NCBI RefSeq assembly: GCF_009834535.1
Contig: NC_045696.1
Location: 82,710,001-82,774,000 of the forward strand
Reading direction: 5' to 3'
Source of the DNA: Camelus ferus
Taxonomy: Eukaryota
DNA: 64,000 bases
Positions 13,880 to 27,760 of this stretch are shown in pieces. The notes under the pieces were generated by a model. It had not been told where the DNA came from, searched no databases, and saw only the letters and a program-made list of their open reading frames with translations. Made by a program: the position numbers and the translations under genes. Every line of letters begins with the position of its first letter. Within the stretch, counting starts at the first letter, position 1.

Positions 13880-14060
13880 AGATGGGCCCTGAGTTCCTTT
13901 CTTTCCGCTCAGTAGCTGTGACTTTGGCACTTTGCCTAAACTCTCAGGTCAGTTTTCTCATTTGTCAAATAATGATTAAGCCTACCTCCTACTCAGAGGG
14001 TTTCTTAAATGAATTCTTGAGAGATGTTGTCTATAAAATAGCTCGAAAACTGCAACACTT
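13880..14060 (+). mobile_element. MIR SINE
   Basis: TAGCTGTGACTTTGGCACTTTGCCTAAACTCTC..TCAGTTTTCTCATTTGTCAAAT core. Confidence 0.75.
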
Positions 14061-14229
14061 TTTGGACAAAACAAATATTAAATGTATACAGCAGAGCATA
14101 TGCTTGCAATCCTCTAGCCGCAAAGTGATTTTTTTAAAGGAGAAATATGTATCCCCTTTCTCACACTTTCACAATCCCTCTACTTCTGACTACTTCTAGG
14201 CCAGATTGCTGTGGACAGGGTGTTTGCAT

Positions 14230-14360
14230 CCATGCCAGAGTGTGCGCGGTTTCCTTGTCTGTAAATTGGGAACAATAATACCCACCTCCCAGGGTTGTTG
14301 TCAGGATGAAACAAAACAATTTCAGTAAGTACAGAACACGGTGGGAGTTCGCTGAATGTT
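14230..14360 (+). mobile_element. MIR SINE fragment
   Basis: GGTTTCCTTGTCTGTAAATTGGGAACAATAATACCCACCTCCCAGGGTTGTTGTCAGGATGAAA. Confidence 0.75.
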
Positions 14361-16639
14361 CCACACTCCTTCCTACTTCACTCCCAGACCTCTACTCTAG
14401 TGAAATAAAATCCTCCTTGTATAACTCAGGAAGCCCCAGGAACACATTCCTGCAAGCCATGGAGGAAAGAAATACTTCCCTGTGTCCTTCTGGGGAGAGC
14501 AGGGCTTCGGCTGGGCTGATGTCATAGCTGTGTTTCTGGCTGCCTTTTGGTCAAAAGAAATTTCAGTGTGCTGAAAAATAGCCAAGGAGGCTTTTTTTCT
14601 ATGCATGAGAAAGAAGACAATTTTTGTCCATCCTCCAAGTCCTCCCTGCACAGATTACTGTCAAGACCAAGCACTTTATTTATAAAAATGCCAACATACT
14701 CTGATTATTTGGCGAATAACCATGCTGCTGTCAGTGAAGAAACAGCACATAGAGCATAAAAACAATCTCCATTTTTATCATGCCTGTCACAGCTGGGAGG
14801 CCATGGAACAAGGCTGCATTGTTTGAAGGGAGGGCTGCAGAAGCAATGCTCAGGTCCTTCGGTGGCCTCCTGCGCAGTGAGACTGTGCTCATATTTGGTA
14901 AATAGTTACATGTTCTTTTACTGAAAGACATCAGTCTTGCCATAAATTGGTTTCTGGGCTCAGTGTTGAAATCTTGACATACTGTTGCTTTTAGATAAGC
15001 TCTCCCTGGTCTGTCTGTCTGTCTGTCTATCCTCTAATTCATGGGTCCTTCGAATACCTATGCACTTCCATGATACAGAAATATAGATCTGGTGGCTATG
15101 TGACAAAAGGCTATCCAACATTCACTGGTGAATTTTAAATGACTTCATACTTCACTACGAAACTCCCAAATATAGTATCTAGAAGGGAAACACACACAAT
15201 ACTAGGGGAAGAAGGAGGGGAGAGGTGATGACTCTTCACTGAGCATTGGTTTCTGAACTCCTCAAACCAGTTATTTTTGAGGTCCAGATGACCTTAGGGA
15301 TAGCAGGTCTTTCCTGGCTTGGTTGTGAATGCGTATGTCTGAACACATATAGCGACTGCACATCCTGAGCGTGACAGGTTGGAGTGTTATATGTTTTCCC
15401 TGGAGAATCATTTCTGTTGTTCTTTAAACACACTCCATCATTGATGAGCTTATTGATAAATGAGTCTGGTATCATCTACCTTTAGTAGGCATTCATGGGC
15501 ATTTGCCATTTCTAAGAAACTTTTTTTTCTAGAATGGTGAAATATTCTTCTGGAATGAATTAACCACATGATAGTTCACTTCTCAGAGAGGGAACGTTGC
15601 TAAGCTGTTCGGTTGATTCCACCTTGGCCAGTTGTGTTCAGACTTGGGAGAAACTTTCAAGTGATTTTTAACAAAGAGGCTCCTTTCACCTAGCGCTTGT
15701 TGAGATACAGTGTAGCGAGCTGCCAGGGGAACACATGGATACAGGTAATAAAGCAGTAGACAAAAGACAAAGCCCCAGATCCTCCTTGTGAATGTAAGGT
15801 AAGACTGGGTGTTAGCCTTTGCACCCAGTCTCTGCTCCTGTCAGTTAGGTATTACCTTTATACCTCTCCGGCAAGTTTCATCATATCTCAGCAGAGAGTC
15901 AGAAGAAAAATATCTGGGTTCAGATAACATAGTAGGGTTAGAAATACTCTCAGCACCACCTAAGAGGAAGCACCAGTAGACCCAGCTAATCCTTCTGCAA
16001 AATCGAAGTGTCAAATATCTTCTTCTCAGAAGTAAATGATTGTGCTGACAGGGGTGCCACATGTGGAGAGATAAAGATTATTTTGTAAGATCATGTAAAC
16101 AAACTTGAAGCTCCTTGGAGAAATTGTCTGGCCCTCAATAATGCCAGCTTGGGAAGGATAGCCTTGGGAACTGGAAAAAAATCTTTAGTGACTCCTTGTT
16201 TTCTTCCAAAGCAAATGCAGTCTCATTAGTCTGGCAGTGAATTAAGATAGAAACCATTAGGAGTGTATTTCCTCTTTCCTTCCAGTTACATCTTTTACAC
16301 TGCCTCCTCCTCTAGCCCCTACTTCATGCTCCGTGTCTGGCACATGAGAAAGGGTTCACTTTTTTCCCCTCTCTTACCCCTACCGAATATGTGTCTGCTC
16401 GGCTCCTGCTCTCTCCCTCTCTCCTTCCAACTCAGGGATCTTGCTCCATCAGTTTTCTTTCCTTCTGTGTATCCTCAGCATCTCCCTTTATCGTTAGGGC
16501 CGCCAGACTCTGGTTGGCCTGGGACAGCTCCAGTATACTCCTTTTGTCCAAGCATAATTATGAATGGCATCCACTTTCATTCTCAAAAATGTCTGGATTG
16601 GCAGATAAATCATCTGGTTCTCCTATTTCTATCTGACTT

Positions 16640-16900
16640 TGACCTTCAGCCATGCAAATCCTCGGACTCTCTCATCCTAAAGTTATTCAACAGATAGATA
16701 CACACATTCCAAATCCAATGCCCCATTCCATATTTCTCTGTCTTTCCCTTCACAGCCACACTTCTTGAAAGTAAGGTTCATATCTACTTTCTCAATTTCC
16801 TTCCCTACTGTTATTTCTCTAGACAGGTAATTTTTATCTCCATCTCTTCTCAAAGTGCTCTGGCAGAGTGATCTCCTACTTGCTAAATCCTTTAGACATG
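16640..16900 (+). mobile_element. L2 LINE internal fragment
   Basis: TCTTTCCCTTCACAGCCACACTTCTTGAAAG ... GATCTCCTACTTGCTAAATCC resembles L2 ORF2. Confidence 0.6.
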
Positions 16901-17039
16901 CAAAGGGTCCTAGCTAGGTGATTTACAAGCTGCTTCTCCTGTCCTATTCAGGTGTTATACTCTTAAAATATTTCCTTAACTGAGATAGTCAATTTATTGA
17001 GGTTCTATCACCCATGTGTCCATAGATGTGTATCTCTTT

Positions 17040-17190
17040 TAATCCACACAACAATCCGACCAGGTGGATATCGTTTCCCCACTTTACACATAGGGCAGGA
17101 GAATGACTTTACTGCTCTCTCACAGCTAGTAAATGATACGGCTGAGATTCTAATTTCCAAAGTGGATTCTGTTATTTTTCCACGACACAA
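17040..17190 (-). mobile_element. MIR SINE
   Basis: AATCCACACAACAATCC..AGGTGGATATCGTTTCCCCACTTTACACATAGGG ... TCACAGCTAGTAAATGA. Confidence 0.7.
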
Positions 17191-19579
17191 TCCCCTCTCC
17201 CTTCTTCCCAACCAAATGTTAATATCTGTTTGCATATGACTCATTCATTGTAGGCACTAAAGACTGGTGAGCTGATATTTTAATGATATGCAGATTCTGC
17301 AGATGAGACCCACCAAGGGTTAGGCATTGTCCTGTGGAATATACCTGGGAGTGGTGACAGTTACGGATATTTAAACCAGGGATAAGGGAAGTGGCTGTTT
17401 CTACATAAGCAGTGAGTTTCTGGATTTCGGTAAAATAAACCAGGATTTTGTTTCTTGAAGTAATTATACTCTAGAGAGAGGAAAGAAAGATGGAGACAAT
17501 TATGAATGACCTTGCATCTCTGAGCTGTTGAGAACTTCTGGATCGGTGGCTGATGTTTTCATAGCCTTTTCAAGTGAAACATTTCAGTGAAGTCTCAAGC
17601 CACAGACCACCAATTGACAAAAGGAATTCTTTTTCCAGGATATTCACCTTCATTTGAGTGTTATATCATGATTGTCATATTAACAAGGGAAAAAAAGTCT
17701 CCAATCACATTTTCCAATGCTGTTTAACCTTTCTGAAAACTTTGAGTCTTGAAACTTCTTAGGATCATTCCATTTTTTTAAAGATGTTATCCTTCCAGTG
17801 ATTTGTTTAACTTTAATGCAAGAATTGGCAGGGAGTTTTTAAAAAAGCTAATAAAACCTTTCTAACAGCTTAAGTCAGTAATAGTGTTGATATCACTGAA
17901 ACCCTCATCCCTGGGCCACGTTGCTCTGAGGACCACTCTAAGTGAAAGGAACCATTTAATAAACCCCTTTGTAGGTCCTGACACTGGGAAAAAGTTAACT
18001 CTATTTCTGTATCTCTGGAATCATGCACTTTTGGATCTAATTTATTAAATATTGCGACTGCCAGTCTCAGGAGAATTCTAAGATATAAGTGAGGAATGAG
18101 AGGCAGGACTTTTTGCTGGCTACTGAAATGTAATAATGAAGACTTGGTTAAAATTATATTTCTTCTAAGTGGAGAACATTTGACATAATGTACGTGAATG
18201 GACACGAAACCTCCTGTCTGTGTGACATTTGTGCCCTATGCCTGATTTTATAGACCCAGAGGCATAAAATAAAATCATCAAACACTAAGGATGCGACTGT
18301 GTCAGCTGCAAACGCATTTTGCTCATGGAATCAAAAGATTTTTAGTTCATTGAGGCATCCTAAGAAACTGAAATTTTTTTGTCTAGTGAGACTGTTTAGT
18401 ATCTGGGTGCTGTTGGCAGGCAGTTTGTACATATTATCTTCCCATTTAGGGCCAGCGCCTTTTTGCAAGATGTGAGGGGTGGGTTAGCTCTTCTGTGTTG
18501 TTTCTGAGCTGTATATTTTCTTAGCAACTCCATCCTCTGAGTAGTTGTTGAAAGAACAGAAGTTTGTAAATTATACAACATTAAATAGCGGATGCCATCC
18601 ATGGCTTTTAGCCCAGACCCTGTCAAATAGTTTTCTATTTCCTGGTCAGGCCTTAAAAATTACTGTGAATTATAGAAGCATTAGCATTTCTCAGTTTAAA
18701 TGTATTGTTTCTTAATTAGCTCCTAAAACTCTCATTATGAAACACAAGCTCTTGTTGAGTATGTTGACAAAAAAATTATTGACCAAAGAACAAATGCCTT
18801 TAGCCTTAAACACTGGGGTTCATGTGTGGCCGGACCTGTGTTAAGGCAGTTTATGATGTTATGGGGCTGTATCTAGTGCTGACGCGTGTCTGTACCAGGA
18901 ATTACAGATTAATTTCAGCCTCGTGCTCCTTATCGTTGTTAATGGCTGCCTGGAGAACTGTGTTGTGGAGGATTCTGAGGCTCTATTCAGGCTCATTGAA
19001 GATGTGTGGGGCTCAGATAATAGTGATTGCTGTTGGTGCTGAAGAGAGACATGGTAGTATATGGCTGTGAATTTGGTATTCCTGATATGTACACACCCAG
19101 AAAATTTTGTCCAAAGACCCTAAGATGCAAAGATACAAAGCTTTTTGTAAGATGCAAAAATACAAAGTATTTTATAACTTTTTCTTCCAGTAAGATATGG
19201 CTGAATTGTCTTTCTCATCCTCATTCAGACAGAGGCAGAACATCTCCAGAAGAGGCTTCTGTCTGTGTACTTGGTTCCCAACTTGTGAGCACAATTGTAT
19301 TTTAAAAGGAATAAACAGATCCATCCAAATGAAGTGTCAAAGGAGCAGAACAGGACAGTGTGAGTCTTGGATGAGTGTCTGGGTCCCATCTGCTTCACAT
19401 TCAGGTCCTTTGGGTCAGGGAGCACGGGGCTGTTCCTGGCGGCTCCTCATGACTCCCTTCTCAGTTTTCCTTTGGACTTGGCCTGGGAAGGATGGGGATG
19501 TGAGAAAGCCTTGTCAGCTGGCTCAGAATCTGCCCTGGTCTGTATATTCTGATTGCAAAAGCAGCATGGGCAAAGACAG

Positions 19580-19790
19580 ATGAGTCATGGTGGGTAAGAG
19601 CGTGGTGGGGGGGTCTGGGTTTGAGGCTCAGCAATCCCACTCCCTGTGTGTTTTGGTAAGTTACTCTGGGCCTCAATTTCCCCTTTTGTAAAATAAGAAT
19701 AATAGTAGTGGGGAATTGTAGGCATGATAACCACAGAAGGCTCTGCACGGTGTTTTTCACATAGGAGGCATTCTGTAAATGTGACCTGTT
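19580..19790 (+). mobile_element. MIR SINE
   Basis: GGTAAGAGCGTGG..GTCTGGGTTTGAGG ... GGTAAGTTACTCTGGGCCTCAATTTCCCC..TGTAAAAT. Confidence 0.75.
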
Positions 19791-19899
19791 GTAACCATTA
19801 ATAGATATTTAAAGGAATAAAGGATTACTGTATGTATTCCAGAATTTTACAGCTTTTTCCCAGAATTTCCAAACTCCTCTCAGTGCTTTGCAAGCAATT

Positions 19900-20135
19900 T
19901 CTTCAGTATCCCTTCTTTGTGATCTTCCCTTTATCTTTTTTCCTTCTGTTTCTGCTACTAATGCTTTTTCCTTCTCCCCATTTCCTCTTCCCTAGTTCCC
20001 CACCCCTGCCTCTGTTTCATTCCTTTCTTTTCCTTTTTCTTTCCCTTTCTTCTGTCCTCCCACCCCCAACACCATTGTCTTCTCGAATGTTTTTTATTGT
20101 TCTTTCTCTGTTCTCTTCTCATTTCTTTTTCTCAC
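19900..20135. repeat. CT-rich low-complexity tract
   Basis: About 230 bp that is overwhelmingly C/T; accounts for the F/L/S-rich ORF 19832-20152. Confidence 0.8.
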
Positions 20136-20354
20136 GTGTTAGGAGGGAATGAAAAATGAATGTGAAAAGAAATTGGAAAGGAGTAAATTTAACTTATGAA
20201 ATAGTAATTTTAATTAACCTATTTCATTGATTGTGTGGTATTAGAGCAGAGCATGGATGGAGGCACAACCTAGGAACTATGCACGTTATATAAATTCTCT
20301 TTTCTCTTCACAGGCTACCTCTAGAGATAAATGATTAGGGATTAGCTCATGGTT

Positions 20355-20660
20355 GTGCATTTGTTCATTCATTCATCTATAAACAAGTGTTAAATACGTG
20401 CCAATCACTGCAGAAATCTGTGGAAAAGATACTTATTGTGCAATGAAGTCAATTCACACTTGACCCACTTTAGGAGGTGATCAATAAAATAATTATGGAG
20501 TGAATGACCGGAGAAGAGAAGTAACCCAGTGAGGCTGACCAGGTGAAGAAGACAGGGAGGAGGAAGTTGGGGATATTCTAGGAAGCTATAGCTAGTTGTG
20601 TTTGGCAGATCACAAGGAATAAAAATTCAGAAATAAGATGAAACTGGGTTATAAAGAAGC
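20355..20660 (-). mobile_element. L2 LINE 3' fragment
   Basis: TTCATTCATTCATC..AAACAAGTGTTAAATACGTGCCA (reverse-strand L2 tail) followed by a purine-rich body. Confidence 0.55.
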
Positions 20661-20667
20661 TTATATT

Positions 20668-20820
20668 CTGTGTTAGTTATGTTAGGTAGGATGCAGTGGC
20701 AGGCAGACCCCCAAAAGACTGTGGTTTAATAAAACGGAAGTTTATTTCTTGATCAGTGACTGTCCTGGTTGGCTGTTCTGGCTCAGTAGTTTTAACTGGT
20801 TTGGCCCATGATTTAGGAAT
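20668..20820 (-). mobile_element. Old MLT1 LTR fragment
   Basis: TGTGTTAGTT..AGGATGCAGTGGCA..CCCCCAAAA..GTGGTTTAATAAAACGGAAGTTTATTTCTT. Confidence 0.55.
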
Positions 20821-20923
20821 ACCCTTTTGCATATCCCCTCAACTTCTTACCCAGCCAGTCCCCAACCCTAGTTAAATCCAATTCGCTGCCTACTCTACCT
20901 CTATACCATTCCTAAAGAACTAC

Positions 20924-21297
20924 TGTGTATTCCATCCAGGCTGCTAGAACAAATATCATAGATGGGCTGACTTATAAAGAGCAGAAATTTATTTCTTGCA
21001 CTTCTGGAGATTGGAAAGTCAAAGATCAAGGCACTGACAAGTTCAGTGTCCAGTGAAGACCTGCTTCCTGGTTCATAGATGTGTATCTTTCCACTGTGTT
21101 CTCACAAGGAGGAAGGGTGGAGGAAGCTCCCTGTGGCCTCTTTTATAACAGCGTTGCATCTATTCGTGAGGGCTCCATCCTCGTGACCCAATCGATCATT
21201 TCCCAAAGGCCCTACCTCCAAATACATTGCACTGGGGATTAGGTTTCAACATATGAATTTTTTGGGTTGAGGGGACACAAACATTCAGTCTATAGCA
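20924..21297 (-). mobile_element. Complete MLT1A/A0-type MaLR solo LTR
   Basis: TG...CA ends, 374 bp; CAGAAATTTATTTCT, AAGATCAAGG, GGATTAGGTTTCAACATATGAATTT, ACACAAACATTCAGTCTATAGCA; flanks ACTAC/CCTAC give a 4/5 target-site duplication. Confidence 0.9.
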
Positions 21298-21309
21298 CCT
21301 ACTTTATAC

Positions 21310-22800
21310 CTCCTTCTGTTCCTTAATTCTCATATCTCTTCTCTTTTTCACTATCAGCCAACAACCATATTTGTTGTTTAATTGAGAAACTAGACCAGGA
21401 TGAGAATGTCCACATGCCACATCACTAAACTGAGGAAGCCTTCTGCATCTGTCCCCTTTCACTCTGCCTTCTCTCCCATCATCCTGCTCCTGACTTCCCT
21501 GCTTCAGTCTAAGTTATATGCCTTCCCTTGTACAGAGGATCTCATCCTCTCTCACCCACCTATAGACATAACTCTAGTAATTCTCCCATTTCTCTGTAGC
21601 ATCACCAGATTTTCTCTCCAGCTTGATTATTTTCATCAGTGTATGAACACACTGTAAATCCTCCATCTTTAGAAACAAACCTCTCTTGACTTCACCTACC
21701 ACTCTAGTTATTGCATTATTTCTCTGCTCCGTAAAGCAACACACTGTAGTCTGCAGTTTCTCTTTCTCTCTCATTCTTATCTCATGTTATATCATGTCAC
21801 AGAGATTACTTTGTTAAGGCCATCAGTGACTCCCATATTGGTCATAGCCTCAGGTCTCATTTTAGTCAACTTACTTCTAGAATTTGACTCAATTAATCAT
21901 TTCTTCCTTTTTGAAAAACTCTAGTCACTTGAATTCCTGCAAACCGTTCACTCCTGCTTCTCTTCTTACTTCTCTTGTTGATCCTAAATCTCTTTTGCTG
22001 GTCCTTGTCCTCTTTCTACCCTTTGAGTATTGGAGCACCCAGAGGCTCTGTCCTTGAATCTCTTCTCATCTTTGTCCATCCCCCTTCTCTCAGCCAGTGA
22101 TCTTCCCATTCTCACAGCTTCAGATGCCATCCCCACACAGATGACTCCCACATTCCTGTCTCTACCCTAGACTTTTCCTTTACCTCCAACCTTGGAGACC
22201 CAGCTTCCAGCTGACATCTGGTGGGTGTCTAAAAAGTGTCTCACTATTAACATGTTAAAAACTGAACTCTTGGTTTTTTTCCTCCCTCCCCAAATCTGCT
22301 CTTTCTACCCTCTTCCCCATTCTATCAGGTCAAAAAATTTTGGAATCGTCCTTGCCTCTTTTCATTCTCTTGTATACCTGAATCTAATTAATCATTAAAT
22401 CATATCAGTTCATTGATTCAAAGTACATCTACAACCCATTTGCTTCTTGCCACCTTTACTGCCTGGTCCAAGACACTGCCATTTCTGGCCTGATGAAGGT
22501 AATATATACCTCGTTGGTCTCCTTGCTTCCACCTTTGTTGTATATAATCTGTTTTCCATGTTGCAGCCACAGTAGCTGATTATAAACCTAGGTCAGTTCG
22601 CCCCTCTGCTCAAAACTCTCCCATGGCTTCCCAATTCACTTGGAGCAAATGCAAAGTCCCAGCTGCACTCATAAGACCCCGAAGGCCCAGACCCTCTCTC
22701 ACCTCACCTCTTTCCACCTCCTCCTCTGTTGAACCAGCACAGTGAGTGCCACCTTGCTTCTCAAACACTCCCAGCACTTCCTACCTCTAGGCCTTTGCTT
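21310..22800 (+). mobile_element. L2 LINE, about 1.5 kb decayed ORF2 (reverse transcriptase) region
   Basis: GGAGCACCCAGAGGCTCTGTCCTTG (degenerate GVPQGSVL), CACACAGATGACTCCC (degenerate YADD), AAAACTGAACTCTTG, CCTCTGCTCAAAACTCTCCCATGGCTTCCCA. Confidence 0.9.
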
Positions 22801-23769
22801 TTATTTATCTTTTTAAAGTGAATATTTCATCTTAAACTGTGGAATCAACTTTTCCTTGAATCACAGGCTTTTTTTTTTTCTTTTTTTGGCCACCTGTAGA
22901 ACTCATGAGAAAGCCCCAAGTTTGCCTTTCAGTAAAGTATTTCTTAGAGGATGTCTCTTTCCATATCTGTCCAGCTCCCATTTTCAATTTAGGGAAACAT
23001 AATTGGTGAAAAACAAAAGTACAAAAAAAAAGTAAAATGTAAGAGAAACACTTTTTCTTTAAGGCTTTTGACTTGATCAAAAAGACCAGGAACCAGATGA
23101 AGCCATTTCCTGTATTATGTAAACTGTGTCTCAAGAAGAAATATGTTTGTGCTGTACAGGAAGGCATGGCATTGTCTCCATGCCATTTGACATTTCTTGT
23201 GCTATGGAGCAATTGATATGTGCACTACATGCTAATCATTTGGGGAAGTGTTTTTGATTTTGCTTAGATAGGTATAGTATTCAAATTTTAAGACAGTTAT
23301 TCACAATTGGGATAGTTTCAGCTATTTGTTTATTTTGAAAGAAAACTCCATTTAAAGAAAGTCTAACTGTACTTGGATATTTTGAGCTGTCCGTGGTCTT
23401 TGTATAAACTTACCAAGCCTTTCCCTTATTGTATCACAATGCAAACCTTATTATTCATTTTCCTGACGAATATTTTCCTTTCCTAAAGCAAGGCTGGAAA
23501 TTTGCTTGTACTAACTGACGTAGCGAGGTGTACCTACTGTCCAATGCATGAGGCTCTCTAATGTGCTGGGCATGCCTCATTTCTGTGATACTGTGATTGC
23601 TTTATTTTAGAGTCATTGTGAAGAGTAACTTTAGAATATGATATGACTGCCTTTGCAAAGCACTTGACAAATAGTAACATGGTTGGCAAGAAATGTAGTA
23701 TCTGTTTTTGCATAGCTTTCACGTTTGGATATTACTGTATCTTTTTGATCAGATATCTCCCTTTATAAT

Positions 23770-23960
23770 TTAATTTATCATTCAGTTGGTAATTGTGTTG
23801 TGTCTACTGCATGCAAGACCCTGGGATAGAGACTGTGGGTCATATAAAGAGCATAGGCTCGGATCCTGCTCTCAAGCAGTCTAACAAGCTCTGAGAAAAG
23901 GAACGTAGCTATGTCTGTTAGAAGACAAGGAAGAGTGCCTCAAGATTAGAAAAGGAAACA
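23770..23960 (-). mobile_element. L2 LINE 3' fragment
   Basis: TGTCTACTGCATGCAAGACCCTG..GGATCCTGCTCTCAAGCAGTCTAACA. Confidence 0.6.
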
Positions 23961-24794
23961 AGTCATCTTGCTTGTGTACGTCCGGGCTTGCGCGCCTGGC
24001 AAGCAACTGCTGTGAAGGAGATGGTAGACCAGTCAGTCATTAACCAGTCATGGTAAAGGCACTGAAACAAATGCATAAAAACTGAATAATTATTAATGCA
24101 TGTTTCCAAACAACAAGGACAGCAGGCACACACCCAAAAAACAAAATAAACAACAAAAATCCCTGTTAAGAAATTCTCTAGGAAATCACTAAATGACATC
24201 ATAATGACTTTCCAGAGATAATTGGACTTTCCAGAATGTCTATGGTCATTTTAAAGATTAATCTGTTTGATGACACAATTTTCTGTAACACTTAGTTATA
24301 CGAAATCGCCATTGTGTGAGCCATAAAGGGCTGAGTATCAGCATTTTCATATGCTCAACCTGAGTGTCTTGCCAGTAGGGACAGGGTGTTTTCCTTCGTA
24401 CAGGTAGCGCCTAGCACATGGTGGGTGCTCAGCCAACATTTATGGACTGACCATTGACTGTGTGTTAATACATAGCATGTGCAAAAAATTACGGCTGTGT
24501 CTCTAATAGAGATAAAAATGTCTTTAATCTCCTAAAGATACGATGTTATTGAGAAATTAATTGCAAAATTGCCCAAGTGAACCTTTTGAGAATTTTTGTT
24601 ATTTTTAGGAGCTACAGAAAGTTACAGAATACTAGAGATATTATTAGTATTTTAATAAATATAAAAATAGAAAAGGGCTTGAGGCCCCCAGCTGTCTCTT
24701 GTTTAGAATGGCTCCTTGTCCTGATGCAGATATACAGTGTTCTGGGGGGCTTGGTTTTGCCTTAGGGTGATCATAATGGTTGCTTGTATAGCTC

Positions 24795-24982
24795 TTCATA
24801 GAATCACATAGTATGACAGGGCTGCAGACATCATCAAGCTCACATCCAACTCTGCAGGTGAGGAAACTAAGGCTCCAGGTAGCTAACTGACTTGGCCTCA
24901 GTGGAAGTCCTGTGCTAGCACACTGGAAAGCAAGAATCAAGTTCTGGACTCTCGGGTTGGTGCTTTATCCTTTACATCATGG
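24795..24982 (-). mobile_element. MIR3/MIRc SINE
   Basis: CATAGAATCACA ... TGCAGGTGAGGAAACTAAGGCTCCA..TGACTTGGCC ... GTGCTTTATCC. Confidence 0.75.
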
Positions 24983-26394
24983 TGCGGCAACAGAAATTCA
25001 AGGTGACTACTTTAAATTGTGGTAGCATTTCTTACTTTCACCTAGGACAAGATTTGAGGCAGATATTGAAACAAGACCAATTCTAGTATTAGTAATAAAA
25101 AGCTGTTGGGGTATTAATCATAAAGAGATCTATTTCTTTTTCAGTCCGTATCCTACAGCTTTCTGTTCACCTATATATGTAATTGTCACTGATTTCCAGA
25201 TGAAATTAATTCTTGGAAGATAGGGTTGGAAAAGAAATGTGAGTTTGATAGTATCAGTAGTTTATGCCTTATTATTAATATCATTTAATACATTTTGAAT
25301 GTTTGATCAAATTCTCTGATGTTTTGGGGAGGGTTATACTATACCTGCAAACATATTTGTATATTGAATAACAAGATTACTTTAACATTTTTGTAATTTG
25401 AACTTGCGGATGTCATCCAAGCTATTCAGTACTTCATCAAAAGAATGTGCTGCCGTCTTGTTTAAGGTCCTGTTAGGCAGAATTCCTTTTATGTTATCAT
25501 TATTTTTTTAGGTTGTGCATGTTTGCAGAGTACAATTTCAGGGGAATTCCTTTGGTAGTCTTCACTGAGCGTCAGCAAAAAATATTATTCTTGGCTTCTG
25601 TCCTGATTAACCCAGACGTTTTAATGTGTGTTATGATGGGTTATTTGATGGATAGTCACCTGTACCCTGTGATCAACTAAAACTTGGCCACTTGAGTTAA
25701 ACCTTAGTGGCTGAATGTCATCATTTCCCATCTTTTGTCTGATTAATACTTCCTTTTGAGATCTGAAAGGGAAATGTCTGGAGTGTCCTTCGATGTGCAG
25801 CCACGCTCAGGATGAGAAGGAAGACTCGTCTTTTGTGGGGAGAGGATTCTTGATCATAACAAGCTCATTCAGGACAAAGCATTAGACACCTCCCTTTTTT
25901 AAAAAGGAAATAAGAGATAAACACTTCACTCACCCTTAGAAGTGTTTTTTCCTAAAATTTTATTGACTTAATGTCTTTCTTTAGATTAAAAAAATAATAG
26001 CATGTGCAAGAGAATAAGTAAAAGAAAATGCCTACGCAACAGATGACAAAGGGCTTTAGTCACAATGCATGAAGTGCATTGCAATATGCAATGCAATAGC
26101 TTTCGATTTATAAATATGTTGTAAGATGTCATGTGAAAATATGTATTTCTTACTTGCCCTTTATTTTTGAGCAGAAGACAGAATATTTGTTATGCCTAGA
26201 GCAGCCTTTGTGTATAAAACCATGACATTCTTCAACAAAAAGAATTTTTTTTTTAAAGACCCCTGCCTCCTCACTTTTTTGGAGGAGCAAAGTGTTCCTT
26301 TTATATCTCAATTCGTGTAATGTGGTTCACTGCATCTGCAAATATAAATATTCAGGAAATACCTAATTAAAGTCTCAATTTTACAGATATAAAT

Positions 26395-27760
26395 TATTAA
26401 TTATTCACTTTATTTAATATTCATTGAGCCCCTAGGATTGAACCCCTCTTGTAGGTGACCGGGTTACCAGCTTGCAGAAGATAAAATAAATAGATCCAGC
26501 GCTTGCTCTCCTGGAGTTTAACATCTAGGAAATAGACAGACAGGAAATGAATAAATAAACTGATGTATAATTACAACTTGGGGTCAGTTTGCTAAATAAG
26601 CAACAGAGGAAAATCTGCCTGCCAAGAGATGGAGAGACCTGGAGAATATACGAGAGAGGAGTGGTCTAGCTAAGGTAAATAATGTGGGTAAATACCTGAG
26701 GCAGGAAAGAATTCGGTGAATTCATGAAATTAAAGAAGGCCAGGGGAGCAGAGCACAGAACAGGAGGAGGAGCACAGAAAGAGATGAGGGTGAAGTAGCA
26801 GGTTCTGATCCAGCTGGGCTCAGTAGCCAGGGCAAAGTGTTAGCAGCTTGTTAAAAGAGAAGTAGGGCTTAGGAACCTGGGAGCAGCCTTAACCTGTGGG
26901 GAGCGAGGAGGGACTGGTTAGACGGGAAGCAAGGATGCTAGGGCGGGTTTTATGTTATATGCCTTTTTATACTCTTTATTTCTTTAGAAAAATTTGAATG
27001 TGTTGCCTATCACTAGTTAAACATTTAAAACATTCTTAACGGAGAGTCTTTTATAGTTTTAAGTAAGGATGTCTCTTAACTAGATTCTGCTTTTAAAAGA
27101 TTATTTTGGCCTCTGTGTGGAGAGGAGATTGGATGGGGCAAGATTCAGAGTGAAAGGTGGCATATTGTAGGGCAGTGATGATGTGGCTGGTAATAGAGTG
27201 ATGGCAGTGAAATTGGAGAGGAGGGGAAGGAGCTATGATTTGTTTGTGAAGGAGAAAGAAAAGCTAAGAATTATGGATAGGATGTTATGGGTAACGGAGA
27301 GGGAGGGAAACTAAAGTATTGTTTCACCAGTGGAGCCACATCCCGTGATATAGAATATTGGGTGAAAACCCAGTTTGGGGATAAATCAGGAATTTTGTTT
27401 TATAATTATAATTTATATACGTGGTAAGCTGGGTATGACTGTGAAATCTTAAAGAGATGCTGTTGAGTGGGCAGCTGGACACATGAGTCTGCACCTAAGG
27501 AAGAAAAGGTGTAGATATGGGTTGGAGATGAGTTTAGGACTCATCAACTCACATGTGATATTTAAAGCTTCCGGGGTGTATGGGATGTGCTAGAGGGTGA
27601 GGAGGAGAAAGTGGCAAAGGACTGAGCTGTCAGTCTTGCCCACATTTGAGGCTGAAAAAGAAGGAGGAATCCTAAAGGACCACAGAGATGCATCGCCAGG
27701 GCAGCAGGAGGGAAAGCGGACAGTGAGGTATCTCAGGAGCTATGAGTGTCTTGAGAAGGG
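26395..27760 (-). mobile_element. L2 LINE (fragmented)
   Basis: TATTCATTGAGCCCCTA, CTTGCTCTCCTGGAGTTTAACATCTAG, TTTTAAAAGATTATTTTGGC..TGTGTGGAGA, GAGTGGGCAGCTGGACACATGAGTCTG, AAGGACTGAGC. Confidence 0.8.

Noticed and set aside
19832..20152. Hydrophobic 106-aa ORF resembling a membrane peptide
   Set aside because: Translation of a CT-rich low-complexity tract
23383..23403. REST/RE1-like motif GAGCTGTCCGTGGTC
   Set aside because: The GCTGAA end of the consensus is missing (TTTGT follows); at best a half site
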